A DNA stretch of 64,000 nucleotides from an uncultured delta proteobacterium (lineage in GTDB: Bacteria > Desulfobacterota > Binatia > UBA9968). A program made the translations under genes and the position numbers. The stretch spans positions 128,001-192,000 of the forward strand of contig CAWFJP010000001.1 of assembly GCA_963816145.1 (NCBI GenBank), given 5' to 3'. This document shows positions 13,101 through 23,259 of this stretch, one piece after another (the stretch's first letter is position 1; each line of letters starts with the position of its first letter). The notes under the pieces were generated by a model. The model searched no databases and was not told the DNA's origin. It saw only the letters and a list, made by a program, of their open reading frames with translations.

Positions 13101-14489
13101 CTCGAACGCAATAATCGCGGCGCCTCGGCACTCTGGCGGCACGGCATTTCCGGCGACATACCGATTGTTCTGGTGCGGATCGACGAAACTGAGGATCAGG
13201 GAATTATCCGGCAACTGCTGCGCGCCCACGAATACTGGCGGATGAAGCAGCTCGCCGTCGACCTGGTGATTCTCAACGAACAGGCCCCGTCCTACGCTCA
13301 AGATCTCCAGAGCGCTTTGGAAACGCAGGTCCGGACCAGCCAATCGCGTTTATCGCATGACGGGCATGACCCGTCCGGCAGCGTGTTTCTTCTGCGCGGA
13401 GATCTCATTTCGGCTGAGGATCGCAGCCTGCTCCAGACCGCCGCGCGGGCTGTGCTCTTGAGCCGCCGCGGCACCCTCGCCGAGCAAGTCGTGCGTCAGC
13501 CGCGCTCCGAGCCCGCTGTGGTTCGACTACCCCGGCGTCTCTCCGCGACCAAATCATTGGATACTTTGCCGCCGCAGCCCGACCTCGAGTTCTTCAACGG
13601 CCTCGGTGGTTTCGCTGCGGATGGCCGTGAGTACGTGACCATTCTAGGCGAGGGACAATGGACGCCGGCACCCTGGATCAACGTGGTTGCCAACCCGACC
13701 TTTGGCTTCCAGATTTCCGAGTCAGGCTCGGGTTACACCTGGTCACTCAACAGCCGGGAGAACCAACTCACGCCGTGGTCCAATGATCCGGTAAGCGACC
13801 CGCCAGGCGAAGCGATCTACATCCGCGACGAAGACACCGGCGAATTATGGAGCCCGACGGTGCTACCGATCCGCGAGGAACCCTGGCCCTATACCGCCCG
13901 ACATGGCCAGGGCTACAGCCGCTTCGAGCACGCCTCGCATGGGGTCGCGCTTGACCTCCTGCAATTCGTGCCGCTCGAAGACCCAATCAAAATTTCCCGG
14001 CTTACCATTGAGAATCATTCCGGACGATCCAGACGCCTCTCGGTGACGGCGTATGTCGAATGGGTCCTCGGCGTGTCGCGGAGCGGTTCGGCGCCCTTCG
14101 TGGTCACGGAAATCGACATCGAAACCGGCGCAATGCTCGCGCGCAACACCTGGAACAGCGAATTCGCCGGACGTGTAGCCTTTGCCGACCTCGACGGGCG
14201 CCAGACCTCTTGGACCGGTGATCGGACTGAGTTTCTCGGTCGAAACGGCACCCTCGACCATCCCGTATCGCTCGAACGTGGCAACCGACTCTCGGGAAAA
14301 GTCGGCGCCGGCCTTGACCCTTGCGGTGCGCTGCAGACGACGGTGGAATTGCGCGCAGGGGGGCGCGCCGAGATCATCTTTTACCTCGGCGAGGCGGCGA
14401 GCGCGGCAGAAGCGCGAACCTTGATTGCGCTCTACCGCGGGGCCGACCTTGATGGCGACCCTGCGCACGGTCATGAAGCACTGGGATGA
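7110..14489 (+). CDS. ndvB: Cyclic beta-1,2-glucan synthase (Cgs/NdvB/ChvB-like), main part; reading frame broken near 14454
   Basis: [67 protein letters not shown], two GH94 beta-sandwich repeats. True start may be TTG near 7161-7167. Confidence 0.9.
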   Translation: MMASVCALRPHHPEIWGLKLLFSPNLLRKKASAAFALSALEEPIRAELFSVERLEQHGESLAAAQRVTTTPRKGRLLLPRVLDNGRVLLASYRAIAQAIREELAITPAAEWLVDNYHIVDEQLREIRDDLPPGFYRELPKLAEGPLKGYPRVYGLAWAFVAHTDSRFDPEMLLRFVRAYQRVQPLTIGELWAVAITLRVVLVENLRRLAERVVHGRAERQEADTLADELLGLGGRSVEPAATALRRFEGAPLAPSFVVQLVQRLRDQDPVVMPALRWIEEHLAAQGTTADEIVRAGHQRQAAMHVTVRNVITSMRLISAFDWAEFFESVSLVDAILWTDTGFAAPDFATRDRYRRAIEELSRCAPQDEREVARRAVAQAQRSREKAQAAGDPDADRRADPGYYLIANGRAAFEQEVGFRMPIKTRLRRAYISQATPRYLGTIATVSGLILALFLFNSGAAEVGALGLLLLGLLALVPASDLATAFVNREVTELLGPRALPRLALRDGVPAELRTLIVVPTLLIGQEQIAEQIERLEVHYLANPDGDLRFALLSDWTDAPQESMPEDDELLAATVEGIARLNQRHGPALDGSQRFFLFHRRRGWNESERKWIGWERKRGKLHELNRLLRGATDTSFVPTAGRTPLVPSGVRYVITLDADTRLPRGSAARLVGTLAHPLNRPRFDPHVGRVVEGYALLQPRVTPTLPTDRGGSLFQRIFSGPGGIDPYASAVSDVYQDLFGEGSYVGKGIYDVDAFEAALAGRVPENMMLSHDLFEGIFARAGLVTDIEFFDEFPPHYATATARQHRWARGDWQLLPWILGRARNANGDRIHAPIPPISRWKMLDNLRRTLSAPAAFLTLVGGWTLPFASPLIWTSFVLATIAIPPLLPVLIGLIPHRRGISKRSHLTGVGKDLVLALSQIGLTLTLLAHQAWLMTDAILRTLFRVYVTQRNLLEWVTAAQAQSAFSRTLGSVYQWMGGAVALAAAAAILVPFGPPGAWLVATPFCLLWALSPLLAHWISLPPRAAGVQPLSPDETRTLRLTARRTWRFFETFVSPEDHAMPPDNFQEEPTPVVAHRTSPTNLGLYLLSAIAAHDFGWLGAVAAIERLEATLGTMNRLERFRGHFYNWYDTRDLRPLDPKYISSVDSGNLAGHLVALGQACQDIIDRPLLGAHALSGIADTILLLRQSARAIVDDRRTQTVTRKHLDEALDALTTALNPIPVTPGDWLARLSALDARAHTIADIARALTAERGDRADAELVAWADAVRAGIASFTRDLDVVFPWARLVFGNDPSNRAMTTEPELGSTVIAGFFLSLPTLRDTPERCETAIHELATLRARLAADTATRESALTRIDAMTESLARSATASAALVRRLSTLVTQTKTLFDAMEFGFLFDPTRKLFSIGYRVADNSLDPSCYDLLASEARLTSFIAIAKGDVPSTHWFHLGRALTPVDLGSALVSWSGSMFEYLMPALVMRSSSGSLLGQTYHLIVRRQRKYGAERGVPWGVSESAFNARDLEFTYQYSNFGVPGLGLKRGLSEDVVVAPYATALAAMIDPKTAAANFVRLTEVGASGRYGFYEALDYTATRVPENQDVAVVRAYMAHHQGMSIVALANVVYEGVMRARFHAEPRMKATELLLQERTPRDVLVARPRVEEVRVVANVRDLIPPVLRRFTSPHDMTPGVHLLSNGRYAVMVTTAGSGYSHWRDLAVTRWREDRTRDAWGSYVFLRDNHSGQVWSAAYQPSGVEPDSYEVAFSEDQIEIRRRDGAIATTFEVVVSPEHDAEVRRVSMTNLGLRTREIDLTSYAEIVLAPPAADAAHPAFSNLFVQTEFAAELGALLATRRPRSAGESQVWVAHVIVAEGETVGDLEYETDRARFLGRGRTIRTPLSVIDGRPLSNTVGAVLDPIVSLRRRVRLAPGGTARVTFSTLVAPSRDEALDLADEYNNPTTFERAATLAWTQAQVQLHHLGIDPDEAYLFQELASQILYSDPTLRPSSAILERNNRGASALWRHGISGDIPIVLVRIDETEDQGIIRQLLRAHEYWRMKQLAVDLVILNEQAPSYAQDLQSALETQVRTSQSRLSHDGHDPSGSVFLLRGDLISAEDRSLLQTAARAVLLSRRGTLAEQVVRQPRSEPAVVRLPRRLSATKSLDTLPPQPDLEFFNGLGGFAADGREYVTILGEGQWTPAPWINVVANPTFGFQISESGSGYTWSLNSRENQLTPWSNDPVSDPPGEAIYIRDEDTGELWSPTVLPIREEPWPYTARHGQGYSRFEHASHGVALDLLQFVPLEDPIKISRLTIENHSGRSRRLSVTAYVEWVLGVSRSGSAPFVVTEIDIETGAMLARNTWNSEFAGRVAFADLDGRQTSWTGDRTEFLGRNGTLDHPVSLERGNRLSGKVGAGLDPCGALQTTVELRAGGRAEIIFYLGEAASAAEARTLIALYRGADLDGDPAHGHEALG

Positions 14490-16035
14490 CGTTCTTGGCG
14501 CGGTTCAGGTATCAACTCCTGATCGGGCAATGAACGTTCTGCTCAACCGCTGGTCGCTCTATCAGACCCTAGGGTGTCGTGTCTGGGCGCGAGCGGGGTT
14601 TTATCAAGCCGGCGGCGCCTATGGCTTCCGCGACCAGCTCCAAGACGTGATGGCGCTCATGGTCGCGAATCGAGATGTCGCGCGCGCGCAGATTCTGCGC
14701 GCCGCCGCGCGGCAGTTCGTTGAGGGCGACGTCCAGCACTGGTGGCACCCACCTTCCGGCCGGGGCGTGCGCACCCGCATCTCCGATGATCTTTTATGGC
14801 TGCCCTACGCGGTTTTCCACTACCTCGAAGTTACCGGCGATGCCGGTCTTCTCGACGAGGTCGTCCCCTTCCTCGACGGGCCGACGCTCGTGGCTGGGCA
14901 AGACGAGTCATATTTCGAGCCGCATGTGTCGGCGCAAAGCGCTACCCTGTTCGAGCATTGCGCCCGCGCGCTCGACCGCAGTCTGGCGGTTGGCAGCCAC
15001 GGCCTACCCTTGATCGGCACGGGAGACTGGAACGATGGCATGAACCGGGTCGGATCTGCGGGGCAAGGCGAGAGTGTTTGGCTCGGCTGGTTCCTCCACA
15101 CCAACCTCTGGGAGTTTGCCCGGCTGGCCGATGCCCGTGGCGAGTACCAGCGCGCCGAAACATGGCGCGTCCATGTCAGCGCACTCAAAGCAGCGCTCGA
15201 ACTAAAGGCGTGGGATGGCGAGTGGTACCGGCGTGCCTACTTTGACGATGGCACGCCGCTGGGCTCGGCCACCAATGACGAGTGCCGCATTGATTCGATC
15301 GCTCAATCCTGGGGGGTCATTTCCGGTGCCGCTGAGCCGGCTCGTAGAGCACGGGCCATGGCGGCGGTCGAGAGCTACCTGGTTGATCGCGACAACCGGC
15401 TGATCCTACTGTTCACGCCTCCATTCAACCGCGCAAGCCCGGACCCTGGCTATATCAAAGGGTATCTCCCCGGCATTCGCGAAAATGGCGGCCAATATAC
15501 CCATGCGGCGATCTGGTGCGTCCTGGCCTTCGCCGCACTCGGTGACGGCGATAAAGCCGGCGAACTTTTCGCGCTCTTGAACCCGATCAATCATGCTGAC
15601 AGCCGCGCCGGCGTTTACCGCTACAAGGTCGAGCCCTACGTCGTCGCCGCCGATATTTATGCCGAACCGCCGCATGTCGGCCGCGGCGGCTGGACCTGGT
15701 ACACCGGATCCGCGGGTTGGATGTATCGCGCCGGCATCGAGTGGATCCTCGGCTTTCGGCTGCGCGGCACGAGGCTTTATCTCGATCCTTGTATCCCAAG
15801 TGCATGGCGGAGCTTTGACATTACATTCCGCTATCACTCGGCGCGCTACGATATCAAAGTCGAGAACCCACAAGCGGTTGCCCGGGGGGTGTCATCCATT
15901 GAGCTCGATGGTGCGTCGCTCGCAGGCGGTAGCATGCATATCCAGCTCGCCGATGACGGCGCAACGCACCGCGTGCGCGTTGTTCTGGGCACAGCGGATG
16001 CTGCAGCTGCGCTCCAAGCTGCGGTGTCTCTGTGA
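14452..16035 (+). CDS. C-terminal GH94 phosphorylase domain of the same glucan synthase, in the +1 frame
   Basis: [58 protein letters not shown]. Removing one G at 14454/14455 fuses it to the upstream ORF (..[19 protein letters not shown]). Confidence 0.88.
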   Translation: MATLRTVMKHWDDVLGAVQVSTPDRAMNVLLNRWSLYQTLGCRVWARAGFYQAGGAYGFRDQLQDVMALMVANRDVARAQILRAAARQFVEGDVQHWWHPPSGRGVRTRISDDLLWLPYAVFHYLEVTGDAGLLDEVVPFLDGPTLVAGQDESYFEPHVSAQSATLFEHCARALDRSLAVGSHGLPLIGTGDWNDGMNRVGSAGQGESVWLGWFLHTNLWEFARLADARGEYQRAETWRVHVSALKAALELKAWDGEWYRRAYFDDGTPLGSATNDECRIDSIAQSWGVISGAAEPARRARAMAAVESYLVDRDNRLILLFTPPFNRASPDPGYIKGYLPGIRENGGQYTHAAIWCVLAFAALGDGDKAGELFALLNPINHADSRAGVYRYKVEPYVVAADIYAEPPHVGRGGWTWYTGSAGWMYRAGIEWILGFRLRGTRLYLDPCIPSAWRSFDITFRYHSARYDIKVENPQAVARGVSSIELDGASLAGGSMHIQLADDGATHRVRVVLGTADAAAALQAAVSL

Positions 16036-16166
16036 CCGCCTAAGCAAACAGTTGCCCGCTTAAGCTACCGGCAAAATCGTCAGCATCGAGAGGGGGATCT
16101 GCAGCAGCCAGTGCCCGGTGACGAAGTCGCTACGCGTTCATGACCGCAGCATAGGTCGGGCATATG

Positions 16167-16181
16167 AGGCATTGCTTTTGC
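16167..16181 (+). promoter_or_regulatory. Sigma-54 -24/-12 promoter motif
   Basis: AGGCATTGCTTTTGC (GG-N10-GC), about 60 nt before ATG 16243. Confidence 0.65.
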
Positions 16182-16242
16182 TTATCATTACAGGGGTGAA
16201 TCAAGAGAAATGTTTTTTAGTTAATTATAAGGAGGACTCGTC

Positions 16243-16530
16243 ATGAATAGCCAAGATTCGTCAAAATTGACCTTCGGACTTTTTGCCGCGGCTTTGGGCG
16301 CGATCGCCGGCGCGCTAGCGGTTTTGCTCGCTCGCAAAGAGTCGCGTGAATATCTGCGCGAACACAGCGCCAAAGGAATTGATTATTTGAATCAAACCGG
16401 CAGTAAACTGCGCGAGCGCACAGGAGGCATATTGAGCAAGGGCCGCGAAATCATGAGCGGATGCTGCGCCTCGGCCGAGCGGACTGGCGAGAGCGCGACG
16501 CCTACCGAGCATAGGGACGAGATCCATTAG
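16243..16530 (+). CDS. Small YtxH-like protein
   Basis: AAGGAGG RBS; GAIAGALAVLLARKESRE hydrophobic N-terminus followed by a charged helix. Confidence 0.65.
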   Translation: MNSQDSSKLTFGLFAAALGAIAGALAVLLARKESREYLREHSAKGIDYLNQTGSKLRERTGGILSKGREIMSGCCASAERTGESATPTEHRDEIH

Positions 16531-16546
16531 TGCCGACGATCCAAGT

Positions 16547-16583
16547 CCAACGGCGCGCTAGCCCGCATTCGGCGCGCCGTTGG
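16547..16583. terminator. GC-rich hairpin (12-bp stem); possible terminator or processing site
   Basis: CCAACGGCGCGC...GCGCGCCGTTGG just after stop 16530; no U-tract. Confidence 0.4.
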
Positions 16584-16626
16584 CGGCATTAGCAAATCAT
16601 TATAAGCTGGCGCAGAGGCCGGTGCG

Positions 16627-17781
16627 TTGATTTCCAGCTTCGACCCTGACACAAACAGAGCGGTGACCTCAGCGCCGAGCAAAAACGACCCGATACTCAA
16701 GATCCAAGACGGTCTGTGCTACGTCACCTTGGCCTACGACGCAGCGCGCTCGATCGATCTCAATAAGGCGGCGGCGCGCGTCCGTGAAGCGACGCAGCGC
16801 TCGACGCTGCGCCACAAGCGGCCCGCCCCCAGTTATTTTGAGTATCAGCCGGCGCCTTTGCGTCTGACACAGGACACCGAAGCCATCACGATCGGCAGCT
16901 TTCGCACGCGCCCGAGCGTCGACCTCCAGTTCTACGATTTCGGCGCTGTCGCGGTAACCTATGCCGTCGATATCGCCGGGCTGTTTGCCGAACTGTTGAC
17001 CCTCAGTGAAGCACTCTATGACAATGAGCCCTTGCTCGCCGACTCAGGCCTACGGGTCGGCCAGCTATTGGCCGTCATCGGCGACGCAGCGGTGCAAGCC
17101 CATCCCTCGCCGGTGGTCGAAGATTACATCGTCTTTCATATCGCGTCCTTTGCCGAAGCCATCGACGTCAACCGCTTTGACGCCGAGCACGGACAGGAAA
17201 TCGCAAAAATTCTGCGCGCCGAGCGCCGCCCGTTATCGGAGCAAGAGGTGTCGGACGCTTTCACCGCGCGCATTTCTTACGGATTGGAAGACTTGACCAT
17301 CGTCGATTGGAACGCCGCCCTGCTCATCGACCGGGACGGTGACGACATTCGAGCGGTTCTCGAGTATGCCAATGTCGAGTTATTGGAAATGCGCTATCTC
17401 GATCAGAAACTCGACCGTGCCCTGGATCAAGCCTACGACACGCTTTCAAAACGCACGTTCAGCCTGCCGCGGCTATTGGGTTACTACGGCGCCGATCTAC
17501 GCACCGTCGCCGAGCTGCAGGTCGACAACGCGGTCCTCTTCGAAGGCGTCAACAACACGCTCAAACTCTTGGGCGATCAATATCTCGCCCGCGTCTATCG
17601 TCTGATCAACCGGCGCTTTCACCTGGACGAATGGGACGCCAGCATCCTGCGAAAATTGCAGACGCTGGAGAGCATTTACGAAAAGATTTCCGATCAAGCC
17701 TCCAACCGGCGCATGGAAATATTGGAGTGGGTGATCGTCCTGCTGATCGCGTTTTCCATCGCCATAGAATTCATCCGCTAA
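16627..17781 (+). CDS. Conserved hypothetical protein with RMD1/DUF155-like C-terminus and terminal TM helix
   Basis: Long ORF ending ..LARVYRLINRRFHLDEW..RRMEILEWVIVLLIAFSI; start codon uncertain. Confidence 0.65.
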   Translation: MISSFDPDTNRAVTSAPSKNDPILKIQDGLCYVTLAYDAARSIDLNKAAARVREATQRSTLRHKRPAPSYFEYQPAPLRLTQDTEAITIGSFRTRPSVDLQFYDFGAVAVTYAVDIAGLFAELLTLSEALYDNEPLLADSGLRVGQLLAVIGDAAVQAHPSPVVEDYIVFHIASFAEAIDVNRFDAEHGQEIAKILRAERRPLSEQEVSDAFTARISYGLEDLTIVDWNAALLIDRDGDDIRAVLEYANVELLEMRYLDQKLDRALDQAYDTLSKRTFSLPRLLGYYGADLRTVAELQVDNAVLFEGVNNTLKLLGDQYLARVYRLINRRFHLDEWDASILRKLQTLESIYEKISDQASNRRMEILEWVIVLLIAFSIAIEFIR

Positions 17782-17824
17782 CCAGTTTATGCGGAACGGT
17801 GAAAATCGATGAGAACGCTCGATC

Positions 17825-17905
17825 TCACCACGAAGGACACGAAGAGCACGAAGCTCGGAAAATAATTCCACGAAACCTTCGTGTCCTTCGTGATCTTCGT
17901 GGTGA
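17825..17905. repeat. Palindrome built from 9-nt periodic CACGAAG units, between convergent genes
   Basis: TCACCACGAAGGACACGAAGAGCACGAAG ... CTTCGTGTCCTTCGTGATCTTCGTGGTGA. Confidence 0.85.
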
Positions 17906-17939
17906 AAATCATCTTATCGTCTTGGCTGCGGGCCAGCCG

Positions 17940-18812
17940 CTAATTCGTCTTCGCCGGCACCGCGAGCACTGGGCAATGCGCCGCGCGCAGTACCCGCTCG
18001 GTGGTGCTGCCGCGCAACGCATCGAGAAAGTCGCGATGTCCCTCGGTGGTAAACACCATCAGGTCCGGCTCCCACAGCGCGGCTTCTCTTTCAATCACCT
18101 CCACCGCATCGCCATTCACCAGCCGCTCTTTCCATCGGTAGCCGGGGTTATGCGGCAAGAATAATGTCGGCATGCCTTGGCCGGGGCCGACATGGAGCAA
18201 CTTGAACTCGACGTCACGGCAGCCCAAACCTTCGGCAAGAAAAAATGCCTCTTCCACGGCGGCCTGGCCATCGGGTACGTGATCCACCGGGATAAGCACC
18301 TTTTCGAGCTTCACGGCGCCGTCGGCCGGCGCGATAAAACCCTTGCCATGGCTGGGCACGAATAGGGTCATGGCACGGGACCGACGCGCCAGCGGCTCGG
18401 CCACCGCGCGATGCAGCCAGCGGCTCAATCCTTCCCGTTGGTGGGTCGCCAAAACTAATAAATCGGGCGGGTGGTCTTCGCAGTAATGCACCATCGACTC
18501 CAACGGGTCATGCTCCGAGTTGAGAATCTTGCGCGCCCGCAATCCGGTTTTTTCCACGTCTTCGCGGGTTGCGCTCGGCGGCACAACCTGCCAACGCGCC
18601 AGCGTGGCGCGCACGCCGGGAAAGTCCGTCCAATGGACATCTTTTTCGTTGCCGAGTTTGTGTCCCTGGACATGGACGATTTCCAGCTCGGCGTGGGAAA
18701 GCAAGGCAATTTTTAGCGCGTGAGCGAAAGCGATCTGGCTCAAGCGCGAAAAATCAGATGGATGAACGATGCGAAACAGCGGCTCTCCCGCCGCGGCGTT
18801 GGCGACACTCAT
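17940..18812 (-). CDS. Universal stress protein, tandem USP domains
   Basis: RIVHPSDFS, DLLVLATH, KVLIPVD, GSTTERVLRAAHCPVLAV. Confidence 0.9.
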   Translation of the reverse strand: MSVANAAAGEPLFRIVHPSDFSRLSQIAFAHALKIALLSHAELEIVHVQGHKLGNEKDVHWTDFPGVRATLARWQVVPPSATREDVEKTGLRARKILNSEHDPLESMVHYCEDHPPDLLVLATHQREGLSRWLHRAVAEPLARRSRAMTLFVPSHGKGFIAPADGAVKLEKVLIPVDHVPDGQAAVEEAFFLAEGLGCRDVEFKLLHVGPGQGMPTLFLPHNPGYRWKERLVNGDAVEVIEREAALWEPDLMVFTTEGHRDFLDALRGSTTERVLRAAHCPVLAVPAKTN

Positions 18813-18822
18813 GGCACCTCCG

Positions 18823-19341
18823 TTAGGCTGCGGCCTCCTCGACGCCGTGCACGCTCTTGGGTTTGACCGTCAAAACTGGACAACGCGCGTGACGCACGAC
18901 TTTCTCGGCGACGTTGCCAATCACCAGCCGTTTGATGCCGGTGCGCCCGTGGGTCGCCAAGACGATAAGATCGGTCAGGAAATCCTCGCTGGCGTCGAGA
19001 ATATTTTCGAAGGGATCGCCCTGGCGGATATGATAGTGCACTTTGGCCACGCCGAGCACGGCGTCATGGCAAAACTGTTTGAGGAGAATTTCGGCATGCT
19101 CTTCGGTGGCGCGGACGATCTTGGCGCGCCGGGCCGGCTCCGCGGCGTAGGCATCGATCATCGCCGGATCGCTTTCGGTGATCGACGACATATAAAGCTC
19201 GTCGAAAGGATTGTGAATGACATGGAGAATGTCCAGCACCGCGCCGCCGCTTTTGGCAAGCGGCACGGCCAACCGCAGCGCCTCCATTGAGAACCCCGAC
19301 AAATCTACCGGGCAAAGTATCCGCTTGAATTCACTCATCAC
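18823..19341 (-). CDS. Universal stress protein, single domain
   Basis: FKRILCPVDLS, DLIVLATHGRTGIKRLVIGNVAEKVVRHARCPVLTV. Confidence 0.93.
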   Translation of the reverse strand: MMSEFKRILCPVDLSGFSMEALRLAVPLAKSGGAVLDILHVIHNPFDELYMSSITESDPAMIDAYAAEPARRAKIVRATEEHAEILLKQFCHDAVLGVAKVHYHIRQGDPFENILDASEDFLTDLIVLATHGRTGIKRLVIGNVAEKVVRHARCPVLTVKPKSVHGVEEAAA

Positions 19342-19412
19342 AATCCTCCTTTGCTGCGTTCAGCGCCTTTAGCAATCTTGCCAATTCTCCTGGTTTCGAT
19401 TCCGACAAATAG

Positions 19413-19427
19413 GCAAAGCCCGTGCCC
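19413..19427 (-). promoter_or_regulatory. Sigma-54 -24/-12 promoter motif for the usp-usp unit
   Basis: Minus strand GGGCACGGGCTTTGC (GG-N10-GC), about 70 nt before the start at 19341. Confidence 0.7.
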
Positions 19428-19605
19428 GAAAGGGGCAGCCCTGCTCGCTCGCCAAGATTGCCGTTAGCGAATAATTCCCGCGCTTTCCCGACGCCATCAA
19501 AACGACCCTTATCAGAGTTGCGAATTAGCGCCGCTCGGCCATGTTAAATTTGCAAAAAAATATTCGCCAATGGCAAATCTCGCAGATGATTCCGGCTGCG
19601 ACCGG

Positions 19606-19620
19606 CGGCACGACAATTGC
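19606..19620 (+). promoter_or_regulatory. Sigma-54 -24/-12 promoter motif
   Basis: CGGCACGACAATTGC, about 80 nt before ATG 19701. Confidence 0.75.
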
Positions 19621-19700
19621 GCCTCATTCTTTCAAAGCTACAAGAGTTTCGCAATAACGTTATCCCCAGACGATCGACGTGAATCGTACAGGAGATTTTT

Positions 19701-20882
19701 ATGTTCATGGCGCGGTCCCGCGCCGCTCGCGCATCCTCCCTCTGGGGTTTGGTCTTAGCCGGCGGCGATGGCCGGCGCCTGCAGAGTTATATTCGCCAGA
19801 CCCGTGGCACCGACCTACCCAAACAATTTGTCACTTTCACTGGCGAACTTTCGATGCTCGAACAGACTTACCGCCGGGCCGAGCACCTGATCCGCCCGGA
19901 GCACATCCTGACGATCGTCGGCAAACACCACTTGCAGCATGGCGAAGTGAAGCGCCAACTGGCCGAGCGCGACGTGGAGACCATCATCGTGCAACCGCAG
20001 AACAAGGAGACCGGCCCCGGCGTGCTTTTGCCGCTCCTGCATCTTTACAAACGCGACCCCCACGCCATTGTCGCGCTGTTTCCGTCCGATCATTTCATTG
20101 TCCCGGAAAAGAGCTTCATGGAGCATGTCGCGCTCGCCGCCCAGGCGGTCGCCCACAACTCGGCGCAAATCGTCATCCTCGCCATCGAACCCAATGCTCC
20201 GGAGGTCGAGTACGGCTACATCCTGCCGCGCTTGGCTGAAGGGCAAATCCCCCTCTGGGGGACGCACCAAATGGCGAGCTTCATTGAGAAACCCGATCGC
20301 CAACTGGCCCAAGAACTCGTGACCGTCGGCGGCCTGTGGAACACCATGATCATGGTTTTCAAAGTCCGCACCGTACTGCGGATGATGCGTCGCTTGTGCC
20401 CGGCCACCTATTATCCATTCGCCGACATCTTTGACAGCATCGGCACGCCGATGGAAGCGCCGGCGATCGAAGCACTTTACGATAACCTCAAGCCGTTAAA
20501 TTTTTCTCGGGACTTTCTGGAAAAGGTGAGCCGCGCGACTCCCGCCGCCATCGCGGTCCTGCCGGTGCTGGGAGTTTATTGGAGCGATTGGGGCTCGCCG
20601 GAGCGCATACTGGAAACCCTCGAGCACCTCGAGCAAGGGCGTGGCCTGGAGAGCGCTGGCAAATTGAGCGATACGACAGGATCCCGCCCCCCAACCGAGC
20701 AGCTCCACCTGGCCGATCGAACTGCGCTAACAAGCAAAAACGCGGCGGTCATGAAGCGTAAACTTCACTACCGCCGCGCACGCCGCATGACCGACGCTAG
20801 CGCAGTCTATGCGGCAAACTTGCTGCGCTCGCCAACCAGACGCGCCACCTGCGGCTTTACCAGGGTTGCGAAGTCTTTGTAG
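19701..20882 (+). CDS. Sugar-phosphate nucleotidyltransferase (mannose-1-phosphate guanylyltransferase-like)
   Basis: LVLAGGDGRRL, PKQF, QPQNKETGP, FPSDH, EYGYI, FIEKP, WSDWGSP. The low-similarity C-terminal tail overlaps the next gene. Confidence 0.85.
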   Translation: MFMARSRAARASSLWGLVLAGGDGRRLQSYIRQTRGTDLPKQFVTFTGELSMLEQTYRRAEHLIRPEHILTIVGKHHLQHGEVKRQLAERDVETIIVQPQNKETGPGVLLPLLHLYKRDPHAIVALFPSDHFIVPEKSFMEHVALAAQAVAHNSAQIVILAIEPNAPEVEYGYILPRLAEGQIPLWGTHQMASFIEKPDRQLAQELVTVGGLWNTMIMVFKVRTVLRMMRRLCPATYYPFADIFDSIGTPMEAPAIEALYDNLKPLNFSRDFLEKVSRATPAAIAVLPVLGVYWSDWGSPERILETLEHLEQGRGLESAGKLSDTTGSRPPTEQLHLADRTALTSKNAAVMKRKLHYRRARRMTDASAVYAANLLRSPTRRATCGFTRVAKSL

Positions 20883-21298
20883 CGCACACACACGGTCTGC
20901 ACATGATTGCCGGCGTTGAAATAAATATGTTCGTCCTTGGCCAATGCCGGATCGACATAGACCTTTAGACCAAACAAATTACCGAATGGCGGCATCGCGC
21001 CGACCTCGCATTCCGGAAAGCGCGAGATGAACTCTTCTTCGGTCGCCAACCGGGCATGTCTCACATTGAGGCTATCCTCGACCATGTGGAGATCGATTTT
21101 ATCGTTGCCTCGCACCACCCCCATCACCAACTGCTCGTCGGCTTCGATCATGACCACCTTGGCCAGATCATTGCCCGAGACATGCTGCCTGGCGGCAATT
21201 TCCTGCGCGGTATAGGCCAACGCATGAGTGTAGATTTCGTAGGGAACCTTGGCTTCATCGAGCATCACTTTTAGTTTTTTGAGGATCGCCATGGCCAA
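20807..21298 (-). CDS. YbaK/EbsC family aminoacyl-tRNA deacylase
   Basis: AYTAQEIAA, LAKVV, RLATEEEF, CEVGAMPPFG, YFNAGNH. Confidence 0.9.
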   Translation of the reverse strand: MAMAILKKLKVMLDEAKVPYEIYTHALAYTAQEIAARQHVSGNDLAKVVMIEADEQLVMGVVRGNDKIDLHMVEDSLNVRHARLATEEEFISRFPECEVGAMPPFGNLFGLKVYVDPALAKDEHIYFNAGNHVQTVCVRYKDFATLVKPQVARLVGERSKFAA

Positions 21299-21353
21299 CT
21301 CCTTTCGTCAAAAAAACTTTCTCGTCAAAATCGCAGACTCAATCACAAGAAGC

Positions 21354-21368
21354 GCAAGAATCATGCCC
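21354..21368 (-). promoter_or_regulatory. Sigma-54 -24/-12 promoter motif for the ybaK-like gene
   Basis: Minus strand GGGCATGATTCTTGC, about 55 nt before the start. Confidence 0.7.
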
Positions 21369-21434
21369 CGCCATCATGTTTGCCGACTCGCGAGAAATCT
21401 GTTGATTCCCGCCGGATGACGGCTACTCTATACC

Positions 21435-21461
21435 TGTCATTTCGAGCAAAGCGAGAAATCT
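21435..21461 (+). repeat. Solitary REP-like arm
   Basis: TGTCATTTCGAGCAAAGCGAGAAATCT, same family as the arm inside MITE-A. Confidence 0.7.
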
Positions 21462-21653
21462 ATTCGACGCATTTCCACAGGACCAGTACAATTAGCCACG
21501 CTCAATGCTTGGCTTGGGGTGGCGAGTATTATCGCCATTGACAAGCAGGCGGGAATAAATTCTCAGCCCTGCGAAGTGCTGGCCGCGGCCATCGATTGAA
21601 GGATTATTTGCCTGGTAAATCAATTGGTTTTCTGCCGACGAAACAGCCGCAGC

Positions 21654-21668
21654 TGGCACATCTCTTGC
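21654..21668 (+). promoter_or_regulatory. Sigma-54 -24/-12 promoter motif for hpf-usp
   Basis: TGGCACATCTCTTGC, near-perfect consensus, about 68 nt before ATG 21736. Confidence 0.85.
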
Positions 21669-21735
21669 CGTTTTTTAGCAGCGGGGTAAAAAGAAGTGTT
21701 CGCCTGAAGTAATCACAACCGGAGGACAAGAAATT

Positions 21736-22359
21736 ATGAAGATTCCCTTGCAGATCACCTATCGCCACATGGAGGCAACCCCGGCCATCGAAGAGAATAT
21801 CCGCGAGAAGGCCGCGAAACTCGACACGATCTACGACGGGATTATGAGTTGCCGGGTGGCCGTTGAAGCGCCGCACCGCCACCATCACAAAGGCAAAGCC
21901 TATGTGGTGCGTATCGATCTAACCGTTCCCGGCGGCGAACTGGTTATCAATCGCGAACCGAAACGTTTAGTGCCGAAAAAAGCGCTGGGCGGCGGCGAGC
22001 CTGAAAAAGACTTCGCCGAGTTACATGAACCCAGTAAACATGCCGCCCGTGAGGATCTCTATGTTGCCATCCGCGACGCCTTCAGCGCCGCGGGACGGAA
22101 GCTACAGGATCATGCCCGGCGTCGGCGCGGCAAAGTCAAAGTCCATGAGCCGCCGCCGGTCGCTCGGATCGCCAGCCTGTTTCCCATGGAAGATCATGGA
22201 TTCCTCCTGACCACAGACGGGCGAGAACTGTATTTTCACAAGAACAGCGTGCTGGCGCCCGGATTCGATCAGCTGGAGATCGGTCATGAGGTTCATTTCG
22301 CCGAAGAACTCGGCGAGAAGGGTCCGCAGGCGAGCACCGTGCGGCCGATTGGCCGATGA
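21736..22359 (+). CDS. HPF/RaiA ribosome hibernation factor fused to a cold-shock domain
   Basis: PLQITYRHME, SCRVAVEAPHRHHHKG, DLYVAIRDAF; C-terminal GFLLTTDGRELYFHKNSV..GEKGPQASTV. Confidence 0.9.
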   Translation: MKIPLQITYRHMEATPAIEENIREKAAKLDTIYDGIMSCRVAVEAPHRHHHKGKAYVVRIDLTVPGGELVINREPKRLVPKKALGGGEPEKDFAELHEPSKHAAREDLYVAIRDAFSAAGRKLQDHARRRRGKVKVHEPPPVARIASLFPMEDHGFLLTTDGRELYFHKNSVLAPGFDQLEIGHEVHFAEELGEKGPQASTVRPIGR

Positions 22360-22383
22360 GAAGTACGGGATCGGGGGCAGCGC

Positions 22384-23193
22384 ATGTTCGATGAAGTGAT
22401 CGTCTGCCTTGACGGCTCATCGCTGGCGGAAAAAATCCTCCCCTTGGCGCGCGGCATCGCCGCCGCCAAGGGCGGCAAGCTGACCCTCCTGCGCGTGGTC
22501 GAGGATGTCGCCGAACTGGCAGCCGAAGAGGACTATTTGCGCGATTGCGCGCGCCAGTACGCGGCGCAGCTCAGCCTGTTGGTTGCCGCTGATGCCGGGT
22601 CCGCCATCGCCGCTCATCTGGCCAATCGTAGCCATGCGCTCGCCGCCCTCACCACGCACGGCCGAACCGCCTGGAGCGAAGCGATCTTGGGCAGCGTTGC
22701 GCTCCGAGTGATCCGCGAAGCGAAACGACCGGTACTGATTTTTTGTCCCATCGAAAAAGCCGCCGACGCAGCGAAGAAGATCGATAACATCGTGGTCGCC
22801 CTCGACGGCAGCGCGCTGTCGGAAAAGATCATTCCATACGCCGCCGACGCGGCCCGATCCCTGGGCGCCGGACTTTTGTTAGTCCAAGTGTTGCCGGCGC
22901 GGCCGCCAACGCCGGCAAATCTAGAAAAGGGCGATATCAACGAGGCCGCTTACCTCCACGCCAAAGCCGCAGCCATTAAGAAACGCTATGACTTGGCAGC
23001 GCAGTGGGAAGTGCTTCATGGCGATGTCGCCGATGCGATCTGCCAATATGTCAACACCCTGCCCAACACGTTGCTGGCGATGACCACCCACGCGCGCGCC
23101 GGCATCGAGCGCGCCATCCTCGGCAGCGTCGCCGCCGCCTGCGTGCGCCGCGCCAACGTGCCGCTGCTGCTCTATTGGCCCCAGGAAAAATAG
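22384..23193 (+). CDS. Universal stress protein, tandem USP domains
   Basis: IVCLDGSSLAEKIL, TTHGRT..LGSVA, IVVALDGS, ILGSVAAACVRRANVPLL. Confidence 0.9.
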   Translation: MFDEVIVCLDGSSLAEKILPLARGIAAAKGGKLTLLRVVEDVAELAAEEDYLRDCARQYAAQLSLLVAADAGSAIAAHLANRSHALAALTTHGRTAWSEAILGSVALRVIREAKRPVLIFCPIEKAADAAKKIDNIVVALDGSALSEKIIPYAADAARSLGAGLLLVQVLPARPPTPANLEKGDINEAAYLHAKAAAIKKRYDLAAQWEVLHGDVADAICQYVNTLPNTLLAMTTHARAGIERAILGSVAAACVRRANVPLLLYWPQEK

Positions 23194-23205
23194 CCACTAC
23201 AGATA

Positions 23206-23259
23206 GTGTCTCTGTCTCAACTCTCTATCTCTAACTCTCTCTATCTCTATCTCTATCTC
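23206..23259. repeat. Low-complexity (CTCTAT)n-like tract between convergent genes
   Basis: gtgtctctgtctcaactctctatctctaactctctctatctctatctctatctc; the pntB stop codon lies within it. Confidence 0.7.
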
